DNA from: Acidimicrobiia bacterium
GTDB taxonomy: Bacteria; Actinomycetota; Acidimicrobiia; Spongiisociales; Spongiisociaceae
Length of the DNA stretch: 38,572 nucleotides
Assembly (NCBI GenBank): GCA_041576165.1
Contig: JBFGLM010000043.1
Coordinates: 1-38,572 of the forward strand
Reading direction: 5' to 3'
Made by a program: the position numbers and the translations under genes. Below are positions 18,751 to 27,332 of this stretch, one piece after another (position 1 is the stretch's first letter; the number at the start of each line of letters is the position of its first letter). The notes under the pieces are model-generated. The model made no database searches and was not told where the DNA came from. It saw nothing but the letters and a program-made list of their open reading frames with translations.

Positions 18751-19695
18751 TTACTCTTCCAAAGTTCCGCCCGCCGGCGGGCGGCGTGTGATCGGCAGCA
18801 GCGCCGCCAGGAGCAGGAACCCCATGAGAGCTGCCAACGTGTGATGTGCGGCCGACGGTGCCGTGCCGGTCAGTGCCAGCAGCGCCAAGGCTGCGGCCAG
18901 GGGACGTGTTGGTTCAGCCACCAGCCACTCGGCGGCCAGCAGGCCGGCACATGCCGCGCTGACGACGTACAAAGCAGGAGCCAATGACAGGCTCACGCCG
19001 AGTGCTAGATGTGAGGACATTGCGACCTGCTGACCGGCCGTGGCCACCGCAATCCCGGCGCCAAGTCCGCATAGGAGCGCCGGCTGCCAGACAATCCGGT
19101 GATGACGGCGATGCAGCACGAGATCGATCGCAAGCGCTATCGGCACCAGCGACAGACTGGCTTCGGCGATCGTACGCGCGGTCGTCACGCCAACCCATCC
19201 GATGTCCGCAGACAGTGCGACGAGGGGCCAGATACCGGCGATGATCGCAGTGCCGGCTGCGAGTAGGGCGGCGTGTACCCAGCTCCGGGGCGACAGGCCG
19301 AAAACGACTGCGAGGAGGGCAACCACTCCGGCGACACCGGCCAGTTGGATCGCAGTGGCCGATAAGGGCCCCGCCAGCACGACGGCGGCGGTTGCGATCG
19401 CCAGCATGAACGCGGCGACGCGATACGTGCGCCAGAGTGATGCGGCCCAGAGTGCGGCTGCCAGCACGGCAAGCCAAGCAGTCGCCCTCTGGCTCATGCT
19501 TCCCAGCTGCACGAGCAGAGCGCTGCCAGAGAGCGGGGCCGCCAGACGCTGCAGCGTGATCTCGGCGAGCCCGGTGATCGCAGCCGCCAGGATGAGCGTT
19601 CGCGCCAGCCCGGTAGGCAGAGCGACCGTGTCACCGCTGCGCCGGCCTCCCGACCTGGTTTCGAGAAGCGGAATCGGCGGCAACGCTGTAGCCAT
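18751..19695 (-). CDS. Hypothetical polytopic membrane protein (about 9-10 TM), first gene of the nxr operon
   Basis: About 314 aa, Ala/Leu-rich, with roughly ten hydrophobic segments. Stop lies 13 nt before the nxrA start on the same strand. No family motif recognised. Confidence 0.7.
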   Translation of the reverse strand: MATALPPIPLLETRSGGRRSGDTVALPTGLARTLILAAAITGLAEITLQRLAAPLSGSALLVQLGSMSQRATAWLAVLAAALWAASLWRTYRVAAFMLAIATAAVVLAGPLSATAIQLAGVAGVVALLAVVFGLSPRSWVHAALLAAGTAIIAGIWPLVALSADIGWVGVTTARTIAEASLSLVPIALAIDLVLHRRHHRIVWQPALLCGLGAGIAVATAGQQVAMSSHLALGVSLSLAPALYVVSAACAGLLAAEWLVAEPTRPLAAALALLALTGTAPSAAHHTLAALMGFLLLAALLPITRRPPAGGTLEE

Positions 19696-19817
19696 GACCA
19701 ACCCTTTGATCTCTCTGATCGTTAAGCGGATAGGTAGGGGTTACCGTCTCTTGTACCGCATGATATGGTTATCGTCAAGCCTCTTACATAACGTTTTTCA
19801 AATCTCTAAGGGTTACG
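19696..19817. promoter_or_regulatory. Divergent promoter region, nxr operon / Rrf2
   Basis: Short AT-enriched intergenic segment between divergent starts. It contains an 11/13 direct repeat, TAGGGGTTACCGT (19735-19747) and TAAGGGTTACGGT (19807-19819). Confidence 0.55.
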
Positions 19818-20312
19818 GTGCAGCTGGCGCTTGGCAGGAAAGGTGACTACTCCGTCAGGGCAGTGCTCGACGTGGCTGGGAATTGGACCAAAGGCCGGCG
19901 CAAAGCCCGCCAGATCGCCGAAGTGATGGACATCCCCGAGCGCTATATCACTCAGATCCTGGCGAATCTCGTACGCGAAGGGCTGCTCACCGCGGTCGCC
20001 GGGCCGGACGGTGGATACGAACTTGCCCGCCCGCCCGAGTCCATCTCGTTGCGCGACGTCGTCGAAGCATCTGAAGGGCCACTCGCTCTCGATAAGTGCA
20101 TCCTGCGCGGTGGGTCGTGCGATTGGGTGTCGAAGTGCCCGGTCCACGATACGTGGTCGCGGGCCCAGGCGGCCCTACTGCACGAACTGGAATCGACGAC
20201 TTTTGCCGATTTGGCGAAGGTCGATTTGGAAATGGTGGCCGGGAATCAGCCGGTGCTGGACAGCGAGCCGCACTCCGGCGCGACTCAGCGCAAGGGCAAG
20301 AGCCGCGCGTGA
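19818..20312 (+). CDS. Rrf2-family Fe-S transcriptional regulator (IscR/NsrR-like)
   Basis: DYSVRAV, IAEVMDIPERYITQILANL, GPDGGYELARPPESISLRDVVEASEG and the three-Cys motif CILRGGSCDWVSKCPVH. Confidence 0.92.
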   Translation: MQLALGRKGDYSVRAVLDVAGNWTKGRRKARQIAEVMDIPERYITQILANLVREGLLTAVAGPDGGYELARPPESISLRDVVEASEGPLALDKCILRGGSCDWVSKCPVHDTWSRAQAALLHELESTTFADLAKVDLEMVAGNQPVLDSEPHSGATQRKGKSRA

Positions 20313-20430
20313 TGGGGTCCGAGGACCACTGAAACGCTCGAAGTGTGCGGGCTCGTGCCCACGACGCCGATGAGACTGATCCAGGCCAAGTAATAGGCTC
20401 GGCGTCGGACCCTTCAGAGGAGATACACCG

Positions 20431-21615
20431 ATGTTCGTTGCGACCGACGGCAAGGCGCTCCAGACCACTACGACCGGCGCCCTTCCTCGCCCCTCGTGGT
20501 ACACCGAGAACCTGCGCGGCCAGCCCTTGTCCGTGGGTTTCTCGCAGCATGCCTATCGGGAGCAGCACCTCGACACCCTCGCCGCCAACATCGCCATGCA
20601 GCATCGGGCGGGCATCGACATTCTCGTTGACGGCGACTGCCGGCTTGACGACGACTGGGCGGGTAGGTCGTGGGTGGCGTATCCGCTGGAACGGATCGAA
20701 GGTATCGGACCGGGTCGCTTGGAGATGCAGCCGGCCGGGTTTCTCTCCGAGGATCGGGGGCCCGGGGACATCATGTGGGAGGTGATCGAAACCCGCCTCA
20801 CACCCCACGTCACCGGCCCGATCGGGGGTACCAAACTGGAACTCGATCGTGCCTTCAAGGCGATGGCCGCCATGACCGACCGACCGTGCAAGATCGGGTC
20901 GGCATCGGCGCAGATACTCACGATGATGGTGCAGAACGATCATTACGCCGATCGGGCGGAGCTGCTATTTGCCCTGTCCGACGCGCTGAACGCCGAGTAT
21001 CACGCCATGGCCGACGCGGGTGCTCCGATCGTCCAGATCGAGGAGCCAGAGATCCACCAGACGATCCATGATGACAATGCGCCGTTCGTTCCGGAGGTGT
21101 GGGTCGAGGCGTTCAACAGGGAGGCGAAAGGGCTACGCGATCGAACCGAGGTGTGGGCCCACGCCTGCTGGGGCAGCCCGGCCGGCCAGCGCGTATTCCG
21201 GCCCGAGGTCACCTATGAACGGGCGCTGCCGTTCTACGACCGGCTCGACGTGGATGTGCTGTGCCTGGAGGGTGCCTCGAACGGATGCGCCGACGTCGAG
21301 CTTTACGCGCGCCTGATCTCCGAGGACAAGAAGATCGCCGTTGGGATCCTCGATCACCGGTCGGTGCAGGTGGAACGACCCGAACAGGTCGCAGACCTCA
21401 TCCGCCGGTGCCTCGAGCACATCGACCCGGAACGACTGATCCTCACCTCCGATTGCGGCTTCGGTCGCCAGGGGATGAGCCGCATCCAGGCGTTCTACAA
21501 GATGGTCTCGCTGGCGCGAGGGACCAACATCGTCCGCCGGGAACTCGGCCTCGACGAGGTCCACATCCCCGCCACCGATCCCAGGCTGTCGATGGTCCCG
21601 GTGGAGGGGGCGTAG
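20431..21615 (+). CDS. Cobalamin-independent methionine synthase II family protein (single-barrel MetE-like)
   Basis: TTTGALPRP, AGIDILVDG, VQIEEP, and Zn ligands HAC / LEG / SDCGFG. RBS GAGGAG. Confidence 0.85.
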   Translation: MFVATDGKALQTTTTGALPRPSWYTENLRGQPLSVGFSQHAYREQHLDTLAANIAMQHRAGIDILVDGDCRLDDDWAGRSWVAYPLERIEGIGPGRLEMQPAGFLSEDRGPGDIMWEVIETRLTPHVTGPIGGTKLELDRAFKAMAAMTDRPCKIGSASAQILTMMVQNDHYADRAELLFALSDALNAEYHAMADAGAPIVQIEEPEIHQTIHDDNAPFVPEVWVEAFNREAKGLRDRTEVWAHACWGSPAGQRVFRPEVTYERALPFYDRLDVDVLCLEGASNGCADVELYARLISEDKKIAVGILDHRSVQVERPEQVADLIRRCLEHIDPERLILTSDCGFGRQGMSRIQAFYKMVSLARGTNIVRRELGLDEVHIPATDPRLSMVPVEGA

Positions 21616-21757
21616 ATTCCGGATCAGCGCTGGTTTCAGGGGAACGGTGACTGCGCCAACCTCGTCCACCGCGCGTAATCGACCGTCGCAACGCCGCAAC
21701 CAACGCCGGACGGGGACCTCCAGCCGGCTGATGGGCGCGGCCCGTCTACGTCCCGGA

Positions 21758-22159
21758 TCAGTCGGGAATGACCGCGTGCACGTCGACCTCGTACAACATC
21801 CCGCCTCGGGCGAGCCGGGCGACGCCGAGCAGCGTGGCTGCCGGCTTGTCGACCGGCCAGATCCCTCCGACGACCCCGTGGAGAATCGATCGTTTGGCCT
21901 GGTCGAGATCAACCACGTAGTGGATGAGTTTGGTCACCTGGGCAGGTCCGATCCCTGCCGCCGCGAGGTGGGTACGGACGTTCTCGAACGCACGCACGAC
22001 CTGTGCCTCGAACCCGCCGTCGACAAGCAGCCCATCGAGATCGCCACCCCACTGTCCCGCAAAGAACACCACCTGTCCCGGCGGCGGAATCACGATATGA
22101 CTGTAGATCTGGGACGGATCGAACGCTCCATCCGGGTTGATGTGCCGAAACTCGCTCAC
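21758..22159 (-). CDS. RidA/YjgF family protein
   Basis: YSH...VFFAGQ, FEAQVVRAFENV, PAATLLGVARL and YEVDVHAV. GTG start after GAGGAGGA. Confidence 0.85.
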   Translation of the reverse strand: MSEFRHINPDGAFDPSQIYSHIVIPPPGQVVFFAGQWGGDLDGLLVDGGFEAQVVRAFENVRTHLAAAGIGPAQVTKLIHYVVDLDQAKRSILHGVVGGIWPVDKPAATLLGVARLARGGMLYEVDVHAVIPD

Positions 22160-22259
22160 GGTCCTCCTCGAAGACACAGCCAGGCTATCGGGGGCGCGTG
22201 CGCGCAACCTCCACCGGCGTCAATTGCCGCACATGCCTCGATCCCAGCCGTGTCCAAGA

Positions 22260-23228
22260 TCATCTTCGGGGGACTTGGAACACCTTGTAGGGGCCGGTCA
22301 TCGAGAAGAAGCGTGCGTCTGCGACATAGAGATATCGGCCGAAGATGTCGGCCGTCGTCGGCGACTCGGCGCCCACCACCGGAATCACCGAACGCACGAC
22401 TCCTGCGGTCCCGCGACGGTCGAGGCGCACGGCGCTGACCTGTGCCGCGCCGGGCTCGACGACATAGAGGATCCGCCCCTTTCGGACTAAGCCGTCTGGG
22501 CTGACGAACTCGACTCCGGTGTCGATCTGTTGGGCCGAACCGTTCGAAGGGTTGACCGCGAACAGGGCGCCGAGGGAGCTATGGGCCACGATGAGCCCAC
22601 GTCCATCAGGAGTTGTCTCGATGCCGTTCAGATTGGGAAACACCACATCTGGAATATCGACAGTCAACTCCTCGATAGCGCCGGCATCGGGGAGTTTGCC
22701 ACCGGGCCCAAACGGCACCTTGAACAGCCGGGGTTCGCCGGCGAACTGAAACATGTCCGGATCCGGTGAGTTCTGGGTGCCCGAGTCGGTGAACCACGCC
22801 CCGCCCTTCGTGACGATGACGTCGTTGATGAAGGAACCGAAAGGCGCTGTGAGCTCGTAGGTCTCGAGCAACGAACCGTTCCTGCCGTCGTACACCCTGG
22901 CAGTCCCGGTCGGTCCGCCCGAGACCCAGATGCGGTTCCGCTTGTCAACGTCGATCCCGATCGTGGCGAACGGGCCGGCGGGATCGGTCAAGACCTCTCC
23001 TTGCCCGGTTCGCAGGTCGCCCCGGAAAATCGAGCCATCCGCCAGTGAGCCAACGAAGAACTTGGTCCCGCGACCAATTGTTATCCCCTCAGGGAAGAAC
23101 CCCTCTGGTAGGTCGATCTCCGCCGGGAATTGCGCGGAGTGTCCGTTGATCGCGCCGGCCGGCGCCCCCACCACCAGCAGAGCGAGTACCGTGACGATGG
23201 CCAGCAGTGTTCGAAGTCTCCCAGACAT
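22260..23228 (-). CDS. Secreted SMP-30/gluconolactonase-like beta-propeller protein
   Basis: Sec signal (MSGRLRTLLAIVTVLALLVVGAPAGA) and propeller motifs FPEGI, FINDV, WFTDS, NLNGI, SPDGL and SPTT. Confidence 0.75.
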   Translation of the reverse strand: MSGRLRTLLAIVTVLALLVVGAPAGAINGHSAQFPAEIDLPEGFFPEGITIGRGTKFFVGSLADGSIFRGDLRTGQGEVLTDPAGPFATIGIDVDKRNRIWVSGGPTGTARVYDGRNGSLLETYELTAPFGSFINDVIVTKGGAWFTDSGTQNSPDPDMFQFAGEPRLFKVPFGPGGKLPDAGAIEELTVDIPDVVFPNLNGIETTPDGRGLIVAHSSLGALFAVNPSNGSAQQIDTGVEFVSPDGLVRKGRILYVVEPGAAQVSAVRLDRRGTAGVVRSVIPVVGAESPTTADIFGRYLYVADARFFSMTGPYKVFQVPRR

Positions 23229-23422
23229 TGAATCCCCCAATGCTCGATTTCTCGGAGCGGCCTGGGGTGTAACGCTATACGACCGCGCCGCCCGCTGGGG
23301 CGCCACGACCTGGTGCCGCCCGCGTTCTGGGACAAGGTCCTCGAGAGGCGATACGGGTCTAGCGACTCATTGACCACGGAGAGTGGTCGGCATACCATCA
23401 CCCTCAACTGGAAGGAGACTCG

Positions 23423-26400
23423 ATGCGCCGCTCCGCGACCATTTGCGCTGCCGTCGGCCTGGTCCTACAGCTCATAGTCGCGCCCTCTGCGGCTGTCGCG
23501 CAGGAAGAATCGTCTTGGATTGTCACGCTCGCTCCGGGCGTCGATCCATCGGCAGCCGCCCATGGGCTGTCCTGGCAGCACGCAGGGTCTGCGGAGCACC
23601 TCTACGAGCACGTCCTCAACGGATTCTCTTTCCGCGGATCACGCCGAGCGGCTGCGGCGCTGGAGCGGCACCCTGCAGTTCTACGCGTGCAGCGCAGTGG
23701 CGTCTATGAACTCACCGAACAAGGCCCCTTCGGCGTTCTCCGCATCGGGGCCTGGGCAGCGAACCAGGCGGGCCACACCGGTCGCACGGCCGACGGCACG
23801 AAAGTTCGAGTCGCCGTGCTCGATTCGGGCGTGATGGCCAACCATCCCGATCTGGAGGCCAACGTGGATGTGGGCGAAGGAAGGAACTGCGTCATCGGCG
23901 CCGATCCGACCGACCCCTCCGACGATCACGGGCACGGGACGCATGTAGCGGGGACCATCGGTGCTGCCCTCAACGGCGACGGCGTGATCGGAGTGGCCAC
24001 CGACGTATCGATCGCCGCGGTCAAAGTCGTAAACGCGCAGGGATCAGGAACCGACGCCGAGATCCTCTGCGGGCTCGAACATGTCGCCGCACTCGCAGCC
24101 GACGGAACCCCGACGGTGATTAATATGAGCCTCGGCGAGGCGCGCAACGAAGGAGTGGGATGCGCCTCATCACCACTGCACCAGGCGATCTGCAACCTCC
24201 ACGCCCAGAATGTGGTGATCGTGGCGGCAATGGGCAACTCCTCCCAGGACGGATCCAGCTTCTACCCGGCCGCCTTTCCCGAGACGATTGGTGTGTCTGC
24301 GTTCACCGACTTGAACGGAACGGGCGGCGCCTCGTCGGGATGCCAGTTCTTCCTCGATAGCTTCTCCCAGTGCGACGAGTCGCTCGCCAACTTCACCAAC
24401 TGGGGTTCCAAGGTGGATCTCACCGCCCCGGGAGTGAACGTCCTCTCCACTACGTTTGACGGCGCATCGGGCCCCAGATCGGGGACTTCGATGGCCTCGC
24501 CACACGTCGCCGGGGCTGCTGCCCTCGTACTGGCAGCCGACCCGACCCTCAGCCCTGACGCGGTCCGTACCCTCCTGCAGGAGACCGGCGAATGCCCCGA
24601 TGGAACCACGTCCGGCGCCGCCACTTGCGCCGGCCGCGGCCAGTGGACCAAGAGCCAGATCTTCGGCGGCACGACCGCAGACCCCGATGGCATCCCCGAG
24701 CCCCTCGTCAATGCGCTGGCCGCGGCGGAGGCCGCCGCCGCCGGAGCTGTCGACCTCGTTCCCCCCGTGATCACTCTGAACCCGCCGAACCCCCAGTTCG
24801 TCACCGTCGGGAACGCCTACCCGGAGTTCGGAGCCAACGCCGTGGACGACCGCGACGGCGATATCAGCGCATCCATCACCGTCGACGCCTCAGCCGTCGA
24901 TACCGCCACGGTAGGCAGCTACCCGGTCACCTACGACGTATCGGATTCAGCTGGCAATTCCACCCAGGTAGTACGCACAGTCGAGGTCGTCGCAACTCCC
25001 GACACCACGGCGCCCGTGATGACCCTGAACGGCCCCAACCCGCTGGTTGTTGCTCAGGACGACCCCTATGTGGAAGAGGGCGCAACCGCAATCGACAGCT
25101 TCGAGGGAGACCTCTCGCCAGCAGTGGTCATCGACAGTTCTGCAGTGGACACTGCAACGGTGGGCTCGTACGAGGTCACATATGACGTGTCCGACTCTTT
25201 GGGCAACGCCGCTCCACAGCTCGTCCGCACGGTCCAGGTGATCTTCGTCGACCGCACCCCGCCGGTGATCACACTCCTCGGCGACGATCCTCAGACCGTT
25301 GTCCAAGGGTTCCGGTACGTGGAGTCGGGCGCGACCGCCTTGGATGACGTCGACGGAGACGTCTCGGCGGCAATCGTCATCGATGCGTCCGCGGTCGACA
25401 CGTCTGCAGTGGGCGGCTACCCGGTCACCTACGACGTATCGGATGCCGCCGGCAACGCGGCCCAGACAACCCGAACGGTTGACGTCGTCGCCGCCTCGCC
25501 CCAGACCTCCCATGCGGTCGATTTCTCTGCGATGAGCATCACCGCGTATGGGAATCAGGATGTTGATTCGGTGATGGCGGTGGAGGATGGTGGGGCTTCG
25601 CTGCGGTTGACGGGGAACGGGTGGAAGAAGCTGCAGCTGCCGACGGTGATCACCCCCAACAGCGTGTTGGAGTTCGACTTCTCGTCGTCGTCGCAGGGTG
25701 AGGTGCACGGGATCGGTTTCGACGCCGACGAGGCGCTGAGTGCCGACACGACGTTCCGGGTGTATGGGACACAGGTTTGGGGCATCGCCGATTTCGCGAC
25801 CTATTCGGGTTCGGGGGTGACGCATTATCGGATCCCGGTGGGTCAGTACTTCACGGGGACGTTCGACTATCTCGTGTTCGCGGCCGATCACGATGTGTCC
25901 ACGCCGAACGCCGAATCATGGTTCTCCAACGTCGAGCTGTATGACGCAGTGCCCGCCGACGTGTCGGCGCCGGTGATCACCCTGCTCGGTGATGACCCGC
26001 AGACGATCACCGAAGGTGATCCGTATGTTGAGTTGGGAGCGACGGCGTTCGACGACTTCGATGGGGACGTGTCGTCGTCGATCGTCATCGATTCCTCGGC
26101 GGTAGACACGTCGGTGGTCGGTGCCTATCAGGTCGTGTATCAGGTGTCGGATGCTGCGGGGAATACCGCCCAAGCCGTCCGGCAGGTCGACGTTGTGGAC
26201 GCCAGCAGCGTCCCGCCCGGCACCATCGATTTCTCGGCCCTCCAGCTCACGTCGTACGGCAACCAGGACGTCAACTCCATCGTGGCGGTGGAAGACGGCG
26301 GGGCGTCGTTGCGTCTAACCGGCAACGGATGGAAGAAGATCGAGCTGCCGACGGTGATCACCCCCGACACGGTGCTGGAGTTCGACTTTTCGTCGTCGGC

Positions 26401-27118
26401 GCGGGGTGAGGTGCACGGGATCGGCTTCGACACCGACGAGGCGCTGAGTGCCAACACAACGTTCCGGGTGTATGGGACACAGAACTGGGGTCTGAGCCAG
26501 TACGCCAATTATGTGGGTCCGGGGACCGTGCACTACAAAATCCCGGTCGGACAGCATTTCACCGGGACGTTCGATTACGTGGTGTTCGTCAACGACCACG
26601 ACGTGGGATCGCCCACGGCCGAGTCGCTGTTCTCGAACGTCAGAATCTACGACGCCGCGCCACTGACCTCGTACGTGGTCGACTTCGCCGAGATGCAGGT
26701 TGGCGCGTTTGGAGCTCAGGACGTTGATTCGGTGATGGTCGTTGAGGATGGTGGGGCGTCGTTGCGGGTCACAGGCAACGGGTGGAAGATGATCGCGATC
26801 CCAACCGAGCTCACACCGAACAGCGTGTTGGAGTTCGACTTCTCGTCGTCGGCGCAGGGTGAAGTACATGGGATCGGATTCGATACGGACCTCGCAGCCA
26901 GTGCCAATACCACATTCCGGGTGTACGGGACGCAGAACTGGGGTCTGAGCCAGTACGCCACCTATGTGGGCCCGGGGACGCTGCGCTACACGATCCCGGT
27001 CGGGCAGCACTTCACAGGAAGATTCGCATACATCGTGTTCGTCAATGACCACGACGTGGGATCACCAACCGCTGAATCGTGGTTCTCAAACGTGCGACTG
27101 TATGAGGCGGCTCCGTAG
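23423..27118 (+). CDS. Secreted S8 subtilisin-like serine protease with I9 propeptide, four DUF5011-like Ig domains and three 143-aa repeat domains
   Basis: Signal peptide, I9-like YEHVLNGFS, and catalytic triad motifs VLDSG, HGTHVAG and GTSMASPHVAG. Ig repeats of the form D..PPVITL.G..P....G..Y.E.GATA.D..DGD...G.Y.VTYDVSD.AGN. Confidence 0.92.
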   Translation: MRRSATICAAVGLVLQLIVAPSAAVAQEESSWIVTLAPGVDPSAAAHGLSWQHAGSAEHLYEHVLNGFSFRGSRRAAAALERHPAVLRVQRSGVYELTEQGPFGVLRIGAWAANQAGHTGRTADGTKVRVAVLDSGVMANHPDLEANVDVGEGRNCVIGADPTDPSDDHGHGTHVAGTIGAALNGDGVIGVATDVSIAAVKVVNAQGSGTDAEILCGLEHVAALAADGTPTVINMSLGEARNEGVGCASSPLHQAICNLHAQNVVIVAAMGNSSQDGSSFYPAAFPETIGVSAFTDLNGTGGASSGCQFFLDSFSQCDESLANFTNWGSKVDLTAPGVNVLSTTFDGASGPRSGTSMASPHVAGAAALVLAADPTLSPDAVRTLLQETGECPDGTTSGAATCAGRGQWTKSQIFGGTTADPDGIPEPLVNALAAAEAAAAGAVDLVPPVITLNPPNPQFVTVGNAYPEFGANAVDDRDGDISASITVDASAVDTATVGSYPVTYDVSDSAGNSTQVVRTVEVVATPDTTAPVMTLNGPNPLVVAQDDPYVEEGATAIDSFEGDLSPAVVIDSSAVDTATVGSYEVTYDVSDSLGNAAPQLVRTVQVIFVDRTPPVITLLGDDPQTVVQGFRYVESGATALDDVDGDVSAAIVIDASAVDTSAVGGYPVTYDVSDAAGNAAQTTRTVDVVAASPQTSHAVDFSAMSITAYGNQDVDSVMAVEDGGASLRLTGNGWKKLQLPTVITPNSVLEFDFSSSSQGEVHGIGFDADEALSADTTFRVYGTQVWGIADFATYSGSGVTHYRIPVGQYFTGTFDYLVFAADHDVSTPNAESWFSNVELYDAVPADVSAPVITLLGDDPQTITEGDPYVELGATAFDDFDGDVSSSIVIDSSAVDTSVVGAYQVVYQVSDAAGNTAQAVRQVDVVDASSVPPGTIDFSALQLTSYGNQDVNSIVAVEDGGASLRLTGNGWKKIELPTVITPDTVLEFDFSSSARGEVHGIGFDTDEALSANTTFRVYGTQNWGLSQYANYVGPGTVHYKIPVGQHFTGTFDYVVFVNDHDVGSPTAESLFSNVRIYDAAPLTSYVVDFAEMQVGAFGAQDVDSVMVVEDGGASLRVTGNGWKMIAIPTELTPNSVLEFDFSSSAQGEVHGIGFDTDLAASANTTFRVYGTQNWGLSQYATYVGPGTLRYTIPVGQHFTGRFAYIVFVNDHDVGSPTAESWFSNVRLYEAAP
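24752..26197 (+). repeat. Four DUF5011-like Ig repeats within the protease (about 24752-24991, 25001-25246, 25249-25490, 25958-26197)
   Basis: Repeated units of about 80 aa are visible in both the protein and the DNA (e.g. ccggtcacctacgacgtatcgga). Confidence 0.8.
25517..27106 (+). repeat. Three 429-bp (143-aa) intragenic repeats: 25517-25945, 26225-26653, 26678-27106
   Basis: Each unit reads DF...QDV.S...VEDGGASLR.TGNGWK...VLEFDFSSS..GEVHGIGFD...TTFRVYGTQ.WG...IPVGQ.FTG.F.Y.VF..DHDV..P.AES.FSNV..Y. All three are the same length. Confidence 0.9.
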
Positions 27119-27332
27119 CGGCTCCACCGAACGCACGCATCTGGACTTCCCCAAGCGGCCCTGTGCGCCCACCCGCCGGCGGGTCGGGACTGAGAAACAC
27201 GACCCACGCACCGAGCGCTTCGAGCTGCGCGAGACGCGACAGCATGTTGCCGCATACTCAGTATCAGCGTGCACGGGCCTGCCAGTACGGCGCCGAGACG
27301 AGGGAGACTTCGGACCCGCCTAATCTCGTCCC

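Noticed and set aside
12966-18791. Long plus-strand ORFs (12966-14684, 15630-16589, 17058-18791) opposite the nxr genes
   Set aside because: Antisense shadows caused by GC-rich codon bias. They carry no motifs and lie opposite clearly real genes.
19720-19750. c-di-GMP-I riboswitch-like 3' end (GGTAGGGGTTACCG), and FNR- or DosR-like boxes in the promoter
   Set aside because: The GGCAAAC...GAAA...GACGCAAA core is absent, TTGAT is not followed by N4-ATCAA, and the DosR resemblance is only partial.
24752-27106. Repeats as a CRISPR array or DGR template/variable repeats
   Set aside because: They are in-frame protein-domain repeats of about 240 and 429 bp, with no spacers, cas genes or reverse transcriptase, and the differences are not obviously adenine-specific.
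27171-27184. Perfect 14-bp palindrome ACCCGCCGGCGGGT after the protease gene
   Set aside because: A single GC-rich copy with no U-tract or second occurrence seen. It could be chance.
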